Source: Candidatus Aminicenantes bacterium (GTDB taxonomy: Bacteria; Acidobacteriota; Aminicenantia; Aminicenantales; Saccharicenantaceae). From it: DNA of 59,163 nucleotides. Below the pieces are notes generated by a model. The model was not told where the DNA came from. It searched no databases and saw only the letters and a program-made list of their open reading frames with translations. The stretch covers positions 1 to 59,163 of the forward strand of contig JABLWX010000025.1 of assembly GCA_013178315.1 (NCBI GenBank), given 5' to 3'. Position numbers and translations under genes: made by a program. Below are positions 9,187-18,850 of the stretch, in pieces; positions within the stretch are counted from its first letter, which is position 1, and each line of letters begins with the position of its first letter.

Positions 9187-11574
9187 CAGGTAGCAACCGG
9201 CCGAAGCGACAAATACCGACCTGTATCCTAAGAGCTGGGCCTGGACCAGGCCCCAGACCGAGGCCAGCAGGCTGAAGAAAGCATTGGCCGCAAAGGCAAA
9301 GGGTATCATCAACGGCGACCGGGACTGGAAATGGCCGAGTCCGGCCGGGAAAGGAATCCCCAGGCAGAAACCGAGCGGAAATACCAGCAGGAAGCAGAGA
9401 AGCAGGCGCCAGGCCAGGCCGAGCCCGAGAAAAAAATCTGCTGAAAGTTGCAGGAGGACAGTAACCAGCATGATGACCAGGAGGCAGAGAAGCGGCCAGT
9501 AAACCAACCTGGCCTGGCCGATTTTCCGGCGCAGGCTGGCCAGGCTCAGGCTCCCGGCTCCCGAAGCTCCTAACAGGAAAAACAGGACCGCGCTGAGAGA
9601 ATAGGTTGGGTGTCCGATTAGCAGTATGAATTTATGGAAAAGGGTGATTTCCACCAGCATGTAACCGGCCCCGAGGCTGGCGAAATAGAAAGAGGCCAGC
9701 CCCTTGCCGGCGACCTGAGGCAGCAGGTGGCGGGCCGACACCAGAAGCGGAAGGACAATGATGAGCAGGCCTATGGCCAGCGATTGGATCAGGAGAAAGA
9801 CCAGCAGGTACTTGCCGAGAAACAGGGGATAGGCTTTCCGGTTGAAAAATTTCCTGATCTCCGGCCAGCGCTTCCACTCCATAAAATCGCGGAAGAAAGG
9901 CCGGTTGTCATCCGGCGGTCTGACGTCGAAAATATAGTTGCTGTACAGGGCCTGTCGTTTTTCCCGGTCAAAAAGCCACCCGGCCAGTTCTTCCCAGGCG
10001 CGACGGTCAGTCTGAACAGAAGGCCTCGAATCCACCCTGATTTCCTGGCCGGGACTGATCAGGTCGTATAGGCGGTCGTCGGCAAATTTCTTCAGCCGGC
10101 AGATTTCTTCCTGTGTAAACTCCTGCTTTTTAATAAGGTAGGTTATGGTTTCGGCAGTTCTCAGAAAGACGATATGTCTTTCGGGCCTGAGGCCGCGCCT
10201 TTCCAGTCCTTCCACCCACAGGGCCAGGAATCGCAGTTCCTGGCGGGGCGGCGGCAAAAAGTAGAAAAGAGCCGTGACCAGGCCACGCGGGCTCAGGAGC
10301 TCGTAGATCAGGTCGACGGCTTCGGCCGTCATCAAGTAATCTTCTCCGGGCCCGAAAAATCCCGTGCTGTAACTTCCGGGAAGGTCCGGCAGGGGATAAA
10401 CTAACAGGTCAAATTCTTCCTGCCTTTTTCTTTCGTAGCTCAACCCGGCCCGGGGCTCAATGGTTCTGAGGTGGATGGCGGTCTTGGCTTGCCCGGTACC
10501 GAGCAGCTGTCCAATCCGGCTTTTATGCACCTCGCTGAGCAGGTGGTTCTCCATAAAGATGGTAATGAGCGAGGCTTCCGCTTTCAGGCTTAAGAGCAGT
10601 TCCAGGTCGCCGGCAGGATTAAGTAACAGGAACCGGCCACCCCGGTTGAGGTCAAAAACCGGCCAGAGCGGCAGGTAATCCAGGAAAGCCGGTTGACCTT
10701 CGGGCTCAGCCTTATCATTCAGGGCATAAATTCTTTCAGCGTCCAGGGAAAGCCCGGTCTGCTCCGGAAGCGGGCCGTTGTAATTCAGGCTGAGGCCCGG
10801 TGCATAGCGGACGGCCGGCGACTCGAACAGGTCCAGCCGCGTTTTTTCGTCCCAGCGCGTGGCGGTCAGGGCGGCCCCCTTTTGCTTCAGGAAAAAAGAA
10901 AGTGATTTGTAGTCAGAAATACGGAAACAGAGCCCTTTTCCGGACAGAAGCACCGCGGATATGATCAGCGCGGTTCCCAGGATCTGCCTGACCTTTCCGG
11001 AACGGGCGAGGCCGGACCAGGGTATAAAAAACCAGGAGGCTGCCAGCGGCAGAAGAATCAGCAGCCAGATGGCCCCGCGGTCTCCGGCCAGCCTGAAACT
11101 CAAGGAAGATAAAACTATCCCGGTAGCGGCACCGGTCAGGTCGGCAAAATAAACTCTGTGGACGACCTCGGCCAGCCTGGTCAGAGCCAGGGAAATGGTC
11201 AACCCACCCAGCAGAAAGGGTACACTCAGGATCAGGTAGTGAAGGGGCAGGATAAACAGCCTGGCCCGGTCCCAGAGGAGTTCTAAGGGATTGAAGGGCA
11301 GCCGGTTCACCAGGAAAAATACCAGCGGAACCACCAGGCTCGAACCGAGGGTCAGGAAGGCCAGGGCTTCCGCTCTCCCCAGGAACTTTCTGAGATGTCC
11401 GGAAAATAGAAACAGGGAGCCGGCACCAAACCCCAGAAAGGCAAGGCTGACTACCAGGAAAGCATAATGGTAGCCCTGGGAGATGGAAAAGAACCTGGTC
11501 AGGATGAGCTCCAGGGCGAGAATCTGGGCAGAAACCAGAGCCACACCCGCGAGGATTCTTGGTCTTTCCGGCAT
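9130..11574 (-). CDS. Polytopic membrane protein with a central spermidine-synthase-like (class I SAM-fold) domain
   Basis: About 7 N-terminal TMs ([14 protein letters not shown]) and about 6 C-terminal TMs; PPDDNRPFF and [14 protein letters not shown] motifs typical of membrane SpeE-like proteins. Confidence 0.82.
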   Translation of the reverse strand: MPERPRILAGVALVSAQILALELILTRFFSISQGYHYAFLVVSLAFLGFGAGSLFLFSGHLRKFLGRAEALAFLTLGSSLVVPLVFFLVNRLPFNPLELLWDRARLFILPLHYLILSVPFLLGGLTISLALTRLAEVVHRVYFADLTGAATGIVLSSLSFRLAGDRGAIWLLILLPLAASWFFIPWSGLARSGKVRQILGTALIISAVLLSGKGLCFRISDYKSLSFFLKQKGAALTATRWDEKTRLDLFESPAVRYAPGLSLNYNGPLPEQTGLSLDAERIYALNDKAEPEGQPAFLDYLPLWPVFDLNRGGRFLLLNPAGDLELLLSLKAEASLITIFMENHLLSEVHKSRIGQLLGTGQAKTAIHLRTIEPRAGLSYERKRQEEFDLLVYPLPDLPGSYSTGFFGPGEDYLMTAEAVDLIYELLSPRGLVTALFYFLPPPRQELRFLALWVEGLERRGLRPERHIVFLRTAETITYLIKKQEFTQEEICRLKKFADDRLYDLISPGQEIRVDSRPSVQTDRRAWEELAGWLFDREKRQALYSNYIFDVRPPDDNRPFFRDFMEWKRWPEIRKFFNRKAYPLFLGKYLLVFLLIQSLAIGLLIIVLPLLVSARHLLPQVAGKGLASFYFASLGAGYMLVEITLFHKFILLIGHPTYSLSAVLFFLLGASGAGSLSLASLRRKIGQARLVYWPLLCLLVIMLVTVLLQLSADFFLGLGLAWRLLLCFLLVFPLGFCLGIPFPAGLGHFQSRSPLMIPFAFAANAFFSLLASVWGLVQAQLLGYRSVFVASAGCYLLAFLFFYLAYHRDKADVE

Positions 11575-11817
11575 GATTTAATTCAAGGTTATGATATTCA
11601 AAAAGTCCAGTCAATGAAATCGATGCCGGCCTGGGCCTGTTGTGGCCCGGGATTCTTACCAATAAACAGTGAATAAGTTTGGGTCTCTGTCCTGAAGCCT
11701 GCCGTGCGGTTAAGAGTCTGGAAATGAGCAGGGGGGCCCGGTCGCCATCACCGGAAATTCCGCCGAGCCAGGCGGGGGGCGGGTTCTGCGAAGGATGGGT
11801 GGCGGGAGAGCGATTAA

Positions 11818-11846
11818 TTGAAATAAGTTCTTTCTTGTGATAATTT
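11818..11846 (+). promoter_or_regulatory. Putative sigma70 promoter for the phosphohexomutase-ftsB pair
   Basis: TTGAAA-N17-TAATTT with a TG extension. Confidence 0.5.
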
Positions 11847-11857
11847 CTTTTTAATAA

Positions 11858-13273
11858 TTGGTAGAAAAAGCGTCGATGATCAGGTTTGGTACTTCTGGCT
11901 GGCGGGCGGTGATGGGAGAAGAATTTACCTTCTCCAATGTCCGCCGGGTGGTTCAGGCCATCGTGAACTTCCTCCGGGCGCAGTACCCGGAGAAGGAACT
12001 GTCGCTGGCCATCGGTTATGATACCCGCTTCTTGTCAGAAAGGTTCGCCGAAGAGGCGGCTGCGCTTCTTTCCAAAAACAGGTTCCAGGTCTACCTGGCC
12101 GACCGCGATTGCCCGTCGCAGGCCCTGGCCTACCAGATCATCCGCGGTGGACATGCCGGGGGGATAAATTTCACCGCCTCCTTCAATCCGCCTGAGTTCA
12201 ATGGCTTGAAGTTTAACGTGGCCAGCGGGGCCCCGGCCCTTCCGGAGATAACCGACCAGATTGAGAAGGAAGTGGAGAAGATCAGCCCGGACACGGTGGC
12301 TCCTCATTATTACCCGGACCGTTCCTTTATCCACAGGGTGGACCTGCAAAAAGATTACCTGGAGTTCCTGCAGAACAAGATTGACTTCGAGGCCATCAAG
12401 AAATCGGAAATCAGGATCGGCATCGACCTGCTGTTCGGCACCAGCCGGGAATACCTGGATGAAATCCTGGAAGAAAATGGCGTTCCGATCGAGGTCATTC
12501 ACGGCTACATAGATCCGTACTTCGGGGGCATTTCCCCTTCCTGCACCGAGACCAACCTGGCCGAGCTGAAGCGGCTGGTCAGGGAAAGGGATTGCGCCCT
12601 CGGCCTGGCCACCGATGCCGACGGAGACCGCTTCGGCGTGGTGAACGAGAAAGGTCAGGTGGTCATCCCGAATTATATCCTGGCCCTGATCCTGGAGTAC
12701 CTGCTGGCGGTGAAGGGCTGGCGCGGGGGAGTGGCCAGGTCGGTGACCACCACCCACCTGATCGACCGGATTGCCAGGCATTACGACGTGCCGCTTTACC
12801 GCACCCCGGTCGGTTTCAAGTACATGGCCGACCTGTTTCTCCAGAACAAGATCATCTTCGGCGGAGAGGAGAGTGCCTGCCTGGCTGTCCGCGACCACCT
12901 GCCCGAAAAGGATGGAATTTTCGCCGGCCTGCTGGTGGCCGAGATGGTGGCCGTCTGCGGTTTGAGCCTGTCCCAGCTTCTGCAGCAGCTATTCAAGAAA
13001 TACGGCCTGATGGTCGGGGTCCAGCAGAACATTAAACTGACCCCGGACAAGGCGAGGAAACTCGAAGCGCTGATAAAAAATCCGCCCGGCCGCCTGGGAA
13101 AAAGGGTGGTTCAATCGGTGGAAACCATGGATGGTCTGAAGCTTGATTTTGATGACGACCGCTGGTTGATTCTCAGGTTTTCCGGAACCGAGCCGCTCAT
13201 CAGGTGCTACGCCGAGGCCGGAGACGAGAAAGAAGCCCGGGCCCTGCTGCGGGCCGGGCTGGAGCTTCTGTGA
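11858..13273 (+). CDS. Alpha-D-phosphohexomutase (phosphoglucomutase/phosphomannomutase family)
   Basis: FGTSGWR, TASFNP (phospho-Ser loop), DADGDR metal loop, GEES sugar loop and RFSGTEP. Start is TTG 11858 or ATG 11876. Confidence 0.92.
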   Translation: MVEKASMIRFGTSGWRAVMGEEFTFSNVRRVVQAIVNFLRAQYPEKELSLAIGYDTRFLSERFAEEAAALLSKNRFQVYLADRDCPSQALAYQIIRGGHAGGINFTASFNPPEFNGLKFNVASGAPALPEITDQIEKEVEKISPDTVAPHYYPDRSFIHRVDLQKDYLEFLQNKIDFEAIKKSEIRIGIDLLFGTSREYLDEILEENGVPIEVIHGYIDPYFGGISPSCTETNLAELKRLVRERDCALGLATDADGDRFGVVNEKGQVVIPNYILALILEYLLAVKGWRGGVARSVTTTHLIDRIARHYDVPLYRTPVGFKYMADLFLQNKIIFGGEESACLAVRDHLPEKDGIFAGLLVAEMVAVCGLSLSQLLQQLFKKYGLMVGVQQNIKLTPDKARKLEALIKNPPGRLGKRVVQSVETMDGLKLDFDDDRWLILRFSGTEPLIRCYAEAGDEKEARALLRAGLELL

Positions 13274-13584
13274 TGGAAAGGACAAGGACGGGTCGACAGC
13301 CGTCGGCCAGGAAAAAGTTTTTCTACCTGCTGGTTACCATATTCCTCCTGGCCACCCTGTTTACCACCTTTTTCGGGAAAAAGGGTTTTCTCGACATCCA
13401 GAAGTCCAAGAAAAGATACCAGGAACTCCAGGCCCAGATTCAGGACCTGACGGCCCGCAAGGAAAAACTTGAGGCCGAAATCCGGGAACTGGAAAAGAAC
13501 CCGGCCGCCCTGGAGAAAGAAGCCCGGGAAAAACTCTGGCTGATCAAGCCGGACGAGAAAGTCATCGTCAGGGAAAAAAAGTAA
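13273..13584 (+). CDS. ftsB: Septum formation initiator FtsB/DivIC family
   Basis: TM, FGKKG, coiled coil and EKEAREKLWLIKPDE motif; ATG overlaps the upstream TGA. Confidence 0.88.
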   Translation: MERTRTGRQPSARKKFFYLLVTIFLLATLFTTFFGKKGFLDIQKSKKRYQELQAQIQDLTARKEKLEAEIRELEKNPAALEKEAREKLWLIKPDEKVIVREKK

Positions 13585-13622
13585 TCAGCTACCTTTTTTC
13601 GCCTGTCGACCCCAGGTTATTT

Positions 13623-15335
13623 TCAGTACACCCAGAAAGGCATCAGGGCCCAGACTCTGGCCCGGGAAAAAACCTCAATGGTTTTCCGGGCCCGGGACAG
13701 CAGCTCTATTGTTGAGCGAGCCTGGACCAGTTCCGTTTTTCTGCCCAGGATGAGATCCCACAGGCTGCGCTTGACCGGCCAGACCACGAGGCGCAGTTCT
13801 GTTTCCGGTGGAATTCCGGCCAGCTCCCGGGCCGCCTCCATGGCCTGGAACAGGCCGCCCAGGTCGTCAACCAGTTTTAGGTCCCTGGCCTGGCGCCCGG
13901 TCCAGACCCGGCCCCGGCCCAGGCGTTCCACTTCTTCCAGGGGCAGGTTGCGGGCGGTGGCCACCCGCTCCAGGAACTGTTCGTAGATGTAACCGATTTC
14001 TTCCCTCAGGATTTTTCTTTCTTCGGGAGTAAAGTCCCGGTAGGGGGAAAAGGCGTCGGCATTTTTCCCTATAACCAGCCTGTCGGCAGTAAGGCCCAGT
14101 TTTTCCATCAGGCCCGCAAAACTGAACTTGCCGGCTATTACCCCGATGGACCCGGTCAGGGTCTGGGGCTGGGCGATAATCCGATGTCCGCCGAGAGATA
14201 GCCAGTATCCCCCTGAACCGGCCAGTCCGGACATGGAGATAATAACCGGCTTTTCAGACCGGGCCTTGACCAGCTCGTGCCAGATGATGTCGGAACCGAC
14301 GGCCGAGCCGCCCGGACTGTCCACCCTGACAATGATGGCCTCGATGGATTTGTCCTTGACCGCGGCCCGCAACCAGCGACTGAAGGTCTCGCTGCCCAGG
14401 GCCACCTGTTCGGCCGAGCCGCTGAGAATTGTCCCCCCGGCAAAGATCAGGGCAACTTTCTTCCCCAGGTTCAACCCCAGCCCCTCGGGCCTGACGCTGG
14501 CGTATTTTTCGTTGGTGATGCGGGTAAGTTCCCTGTATTTTTCCAGGCTGCTTTTCTGGAAAAGCTGGTCCTCGTAGGCCAGCTCGTCCACCAGGCCGCT
14601 GGCCACGGCCTCTTTTCCCTTGAAGTAGCCCTTATCAATCAGCTGTCGCATCTCCTCTGGAGTCTTGTGCCTGGCCGCGGAGATTTCTTTCAGGTAATGG
14701 TTGAAAATATCCTCATATATCGATTGCAGCATTTCCCGGTGAGCCGGGGTGAAACCAGATTCCGTAAACTGGTTGTAGGCGGTCTTGTATTCTTCGATGT
14801 GTTCGAACTCGGCCTTTATGCCCAGGCGGTCCAGCGTTCCCTTGAAGAAGGGAACATAGGCCGCCAGGCCATTTATTCCCAGCCAGCCCAGGGGGTGCAG
14901 CACGATGCGGTCGCAGGCGGTGGCCAGGTAGTATTCCTTGTCGGCTTCCGGTGATTCCTCGAAGTAAGCAATGACCGGTTTGCCCGATTCCCGGAAAGCC
15001 AGGACCGACTGCCGCAGTTCTTCCATCTTGGCCCAGTCGGCTTCCAGCATTCCGAACTTTATGACCACGGCCTTGATCCTGGAATCCCTGGCCGCCTTGC
15101 GCAGGTTCATCCAGGTGTCATAAAGAGAAACAGTTGTTTCCGGAAAGAATTCCAGGAAGGGGATGGAAGGTGAATAATCTTCGAGCCGGCCTTCCAGCTT
15201 TATTTCCAGGTAAGAATTGCCGGCCACGGCTGCTTCTTTCGGGCCGATTTTATAAAAGAAATAGGACAGGCCGAGGGCGATAAACAACATAAAAAAGAAG
15301 ACAATCAGCAATATCCAGAGCACTCGTCTTTTCAT
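13623..15335 (-). CDS. sppA: Signal peptide peptidase SppA (S49, long two-domain form)
   Basis: N-terminal TM; YYLATACD, EYKTA, VDSPGGS, GSGGY, TGSIGV, GRVWTG and LVDDLGG motifs. Confidence 0.93.
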   Translation of the reverse strand: MKRRVLWILLIVFFFMLFIALGLSYFFYKIGPKEAAVAGNSYLEIKLEGRLEDYSPSIPFLEFFPETTVSLYDTWMNLRKAARDSRIKAVVIKFGMLEADWAKMEELRQSVLAFRESGKPVIAYFEESPEADKEYYLATACDRIVLHPLGWLGINGLAAYVPFFKGTLDRLGIKAEFEHIEEYKTAYNQFTESGFTPAHREMLQSIYEDIFNHYLKEISAARHKTPEEMRQLIDKGYFKGKEAVASGLVDELAYEDQLFQKSSLEKYRELTRITNEKYASVRPEGLGLNLGKKVALIFAGGTILSGSAEQVALGSETFSRWLRAAVKDKSIEAIIVRVDSPGGSAVGSDIIWHELVKARSEKPVIISMSGLAGSGGYWLSLGGHRIIAQPQTLTGSIGVIAGKFSFAGLMEKLGLTADRLVIGKNADAFSPYRDFTPEERKILREEIGYIYEQFLERVATARNLPLEEVERLGRGRVWTGRQARDLKLVDDLGGLFQAMEAARELAGIPPETELRLVVWPVKRSLWDLILGRKTELVQARSTIELLSRARKTIEVFSRARVWALMPFWVY

Positions 15336-15393
15336 TTGGCCTCCTGCCCATTTATTTTACTTCAGGAGCACCCGGAAATAAAAGCTGGCCAAT

Positions 15394-15422
15394 TTGACAA
15401 AGCGACCGGGTTGAATCAAAAT
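15394..15422 (+). promoter_or_regulatory. Putative sigma70 promoter
   Basis: TTGACA-N17-CAAAAT, 22 nt upstream of ATG 15445. Confidence 0.45.
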
Positions 15423-15444
15423 AGCCTGAAATTTGATTACCCCG

Positions 15445-17238
15445 ATGAAAGAGAAGGCGCCAATTTTTTGGGTGAGCTGCTGCCTGTTGTGGGCAGTGGT
15501 CAGCCAGCTCTCAGGAGCTTCCGACCCCAGGCTATCCGTTTTGATTTCTCCGGCCCGGCTTAGGCCGGAGTCCGATTTCCGGCTGCTGGCCGTGGCCGAG
15601 GAAGAACCGGTTGCTGGCCGGCTGGAAATTGTCTTCCGCCGGGAAGGCGGGGAGAAACTGAAGCTTCGACTTAAAAAAAAGGGAGGAGGTCCGCCCTTCT
15701 GGTCCTGGTGGGAGGGCCGGATTGGGGAACCAGGGCTTTACCGGCTTGAAGTGATTCTGGGCAGGAAAATGGTCGAATCGAAGTTGTTGACGGTGGACTC
15801 CGGTCGGCCAGTTCTCCCGGAAACGAACGTTTTCTGGAAAGCTGAAAAGGACTGGGACCGGGCCCAGGAGAATCTATTTTCCGCCTGGCTGGAGGCCCTG
15901 TTCCTGGAGGCCGGCGAAAAGGATTCCTGGCCCGACCTGAATTCCGTTCTCAACCGACCGGACCATAACTTTCTGCATGATCATCTCGGCCAGAACGAGG
16001 ACGACCTTCTGAGACTGAAGCCGGACTGCGCCGATAATCCGTTTTTTCTCCGGGCTTACTTTGCCTGGAAGATCCGGCTTCCCTTTGGCTTCCATGAGTG
16101 TTCGCGCGGCTCGCTGGCCTCGCCTCCTGCCCCCGGCCGCTGGTTTCATAACGAGCTCCCGGCGGGCGCCGGGAATGAGATTCAAAAATTTGCCCGCATG
16201 ATGCGGCAGGTGATGAACGCGGTTCACTCCGGAACGGGCCGGGTGGCTCTCTCTGAAGAAAACTCCGATTATTATCCCCTGCCACTTCGGCGGGAAGCCC
16301 TCAGACCGGGAACGGTTTATGCCGATCCCTATGGCCACACCCTGGTTGTGGTCCGCTGGGAACCGCAGACGGAAGCCAGGCCGGGAGTCCTGCTGGCGGT
16401 TGACGCCCAGCCCGACGGAACGGTCGGGTTAAAACGGTTCTGGAGAGGAAATTTTATCTTTGTCTCTTCCGAAGTTGTGGGAGAGCCCGGCTTCAAGGCC
16501 TTCAGGCCGATAGCCAGGTCCTCGGGTCGCCTGAGGTTGCTGAGCAACCGGGAAATCCAGCAAAGCCCGGATTATGGGCACTACTCTCTCGAACAGCGGG
16601 GGCTTCGGCCGGAGCTTTTTTATAATAAGATGGAAAGGCTCATCAACCCCCGCCCCCTGGACCCGGAAACGGCCCTGAGAGAATTATTCCAGGCTCTTTA
16701 CGAGCAGCTCCTGGTCAGGGTAGAATCGGTGGAAAACGGTGAAAAGTACATGAGGGCTCATCCGGGGCAGGTGATACCGATGCCCTCCGGGGCGGCGGTT
16801 TTCCTGGCTGCCGGGCCCTGGGAAGATTTCTCGACTCCCAACCGTGATTTGCGGCTGTTGATGGCCATGGATACCATCGATGAATTTCCGGACAAAGTTA
16901 TCACCCACCCGGAAATGTACCGATTGAAACCGTCGGAGAAACCCGAAGAGATCCGGGCCAGGCTGCAGAAGCGGTCAGCCGAACTGGCCCGCAGCCTGAA
17001 TATCTCCTACCCCAGGTCCGACGGCCGGCCACAGGTCCTGACCCTGGAAGAAATTCTGAAAAGGAAAGAAGCCTTCGAAATGGGATATAACCCCAACGAT
17101 TGTCCCGAAATCCGCTGGGGCGCACCGCCGGGTTCCGAGGAAATGGCGACCTGTCGCCGCCGGGCCCCGGCCGGCCAGCGGGCCAAAATGGAGCAGCTCC
17201 GGGTCTGGTTCAAGAAGCGGCTCCACCCGCCCACCTGA
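15445..17238 (+). CDS. Secreted hypothetical protein, putative papain-like/NlpC-P60-related cysteine hydrolase
   Basis: Signal-peptide-like N-terminus; DCAD (Cys codon 16027), YGHTLVV (His 16336) and AVDAQ (Asp 16402) in catalytic-triad order. The function is inferred. Confidence 0.7.
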   Translation: MKEKAPIFWVSCCLLWAVVSQLSGASDPRLSVLISPARLRPESDFRLLAVAEEEPVAGRLEIVFRREGGEKLKLRLKKKGGGPPFWSWWEGRIGEPGLYRLEVILGRKMVESKLLTVDSGRPVLPETNVFWKAEKDWDRAQENLFSAWLEALFLEAGEKDSWPDLNSVLNRPDHNFLHDHLGQNEDDLLRLKPDCADNPFFLRAYFAWKIRLPFGFHECSRGSLASPPAPGRWFHNELPAGAGNEIQKFARMMRQVMNAVHSGTGRVALSEENSDYYPLPLRREALRPGTVYADPYGHTLVVVRWEPQTEARPGVLLAVDAQPDGTVGLKRFWRGNFIFVSSEVVGEPGFKAFRPIARSSGRLRLLSNREIQQSPDYGHYSLEQRGLRPELFYNKMERLINPRPLDPETALRELFQALYEQLLVRVESVENGEKYMRAHPGQVIPMPSGAAVFLAAGPWEDFSTPNRDLRLLMAMDTIDEFPDKVITHPEMYRLKPSEKPEEIRARLQKRSAELARSLNISYPRSDGRPQVLTLEEILKRKEAFEMGYNPNDCPEIRWGAPPGSEEMATCRRRAPAGQRAKMEQLRVWFKKRLHPPT

Positions 17239-17361
17239 CATGCGAAAAATTCTTGTTGATTTTGGTTTTTTGCTGTGGCATCATTAATTCTGCCTTTTCA
17301 GTCGAGTTGTTCCTTCCTTAACGGGGGCATCCGATATGGAGAGGTCGAGGAGGTTTTTTTT

Positions 17362-17664
17362 ATGTCTTTAAAGCTTTATGTGGGTAACTTAAACTACAAG
17401 ACCACCGAGGACAGACTGAAGGAATTATTTTCTCAGTACGGAGAAGTTACCTCAGTTAACATCCTGCAGGGTCGGGGCTTTGGCTTTGTAGAAATGTCAA
17501 CCGAAGAGGGCGCCCAGGAAGCCAAGGACAAGCTCAACGGGACCGAGTTCGACGGCCGCAAGATCATTGTCAATGATGCCAGGCCGAAGGGCGAGAAAAA
17601 AAGCGGCGGCGAACGCCGGTTTGGTTCCGGGCCACAGCAGAGAAGAAATTTCCGCAAATTCTGA
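17362..17664 (+). CDS. RRM-domain RNA-binding protein
   Basis: RNP2 LYVGNL, RNP1 RGFGFVEM, Gly/Arg-rich tail; RBS GAGGAGG. Confidence 0.95.
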   Translation: MSLKLYVGNLNYKTTEDRLKELFSQYGEVTSVNILQGRGFGFVEMSTEEGAQEAKDKLNGTEFDGRKIIVNDARPKGEKKSGGERRFGSGPQQRRNFRKF

Positions 17665-17753
17665 TAGATTTCCTGGCCGGAGCGGACTTCAATTACCCCT
17701 ATACCCTATGGAGGGGAGAAGTCCGTTCTCAAAGGTTGAGAATCTTCTGACAG

Positions 17754-17780
17754 GTAAACCTCAGGGTCTTGCTCTCCGTA
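17754..17780 (+). promoter_or_regulatory. Putative ECF-sigma promoter (autoregulatory)
   Basis: GTAAAC-N17-CGTA, matching the AAC...CGT pattern of ECF promoters, 34 nt upstream of the first gene of the ECF operon. Confidence 0.55.
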
Positions 17781-17814
17781 GTTTCTGGTGTAAGCCAGAA
17801 ATGAGGAGAACAAG

Positions 17815-18225
17815 ATGCTACCTGGACTGAAAGCCCTGCTGATAACAGTTGCCGTCCTTCTGACTCTGTCTTCCTGCCTGGTGGTGGCGGTGGAAAAAAC
17901 AGAAAGGGAAGCGGAGGCCGAACTCCAGGGAACCAGGCAGCGGGTTCTTAAATTATCCACCAATTCTTATTCATCTTCATCCCAGCCACACCGTCTGAAA
18001 ATGCTGGTCTACGACCCTGAAGAAGGACAGCTTCTCAGGATTTCCCTGCCTCTCTGGCTGGTCAATAAAGGATTGAATCATGAGGCCGAAAGCCAGGCTC
18101 GTTCTCATGGGCCAGACTTCGAGTTTGATATGAAAGGCTTCAGCCGGGCGGTCCGGGAAATGCCGCCCGGGTTGCTGGCCGAGGTTCTGACTGACCGGGA
18201 AAAGGTGCTTTTATGGCTGGAATAG
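17815..18225 (+). CDS. Hypothetical lipoprotein; copy 1 of the shared C-terminal W[LI]E domain
   Basis: LSSC lipobox (Cys21); RBS GAGGAG; C-terminal LKMLVYD..ISLPLWL..EV..EKVLLWLE. Confidence 0.8.
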   Translation: MLPGLKALLITVAVLLTLSSCLVVAVEKTEREAEAELQGTRQRVLKLSTNSYSSSSQPHRLKMLVYDPEEGQLLRISLPLWLVNKGLNHEAESQARSHGPDFEFDMKGFSRAVREMPPGLLAEVLTDREKVLLWLE

Positions 18226-18271
18226 GAATATACTATGGGCAAAACGACACAGGCTGGGACAGAGTCAGAGG

Positions 18272-18850
18272 ATGGAACAGAAAAATGAACGGACGGTTGA
18301 AACGCAGGTCGAATTTCTGGTTGACCGGGTTAAAAATGGAGACAGGGAAGCTTTCATGAAACTTGTGGCTGCCTATCAGCAGAAGGTATTCATCCTGGCC
18401 TACTCCATGGTCCGGGACAGGGAAGATGCCCTGGACCTGGTCCAGGAAGTTTTCCTCCGGCTGTATGAAAAAATTCAGAGCTACCGGGCTGGTGAAAGCT
18501 TCCAGGCCTGGTTGATGCAGATAGCCAGGAACCTGAGCATAGATTTTCTCCGGCGCAAGAAGACCAGGAAAAAGGACAGCCTGGACGGACTGGACCTGGA
18601 CCGGGCCGACCTGGCTACTGAGCCGGAAGACCCGGACCGGTTTCAGACCGGGGAGTTGATTCACCGGGCGGTCCAGGCCCTGCCGGAAAAACAGCGGCTG
18701 GTGTTCATCCTTCATCATTTTGATGACCTGAAGTACGAGGAAATTGCCGATCGACTGGGGATAGCCGTGGGCACGGTCAAGTCCCTTCATTTCAAGGCCA
18801 TCCAGAACCTGAGGAAGACCCTGGCCCCCAGCCTGGGAGGTGAGCGATGA
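18272..18850 (+). CDS. ECF sigma-70 factor
   Basis: GDREAF, region 2 DLVQEVFL..WLMQIARNLSID and region 4 LPEKQRLVFIL..YEEIA..GTVKS. Confidence 0.95.
   Translation: MEQKNERTVETQVEFLVDRVKNGDREAFMKLVAAYQQKVFILAYSMVRDREDALDLVQEVFLRLYEKIQSYRAGESFQAWLMQIARNLSIDFLRRKKTRKKDSLDGLDLDRADLATEPEDPDRFQTGELIHRAVQALPEKQRLVFILHHFDDLKYEEIADRLGIAVGTVKSLHFKAIQNLRKTLAPSLGGER

Noticed and set aside
11620-11815. Several short GC hairpins in the divergent intergenic region
   Set aside because: Stems of 5-7 bp are expected at this GC content; no riboswitch or tRNA signature recognised.
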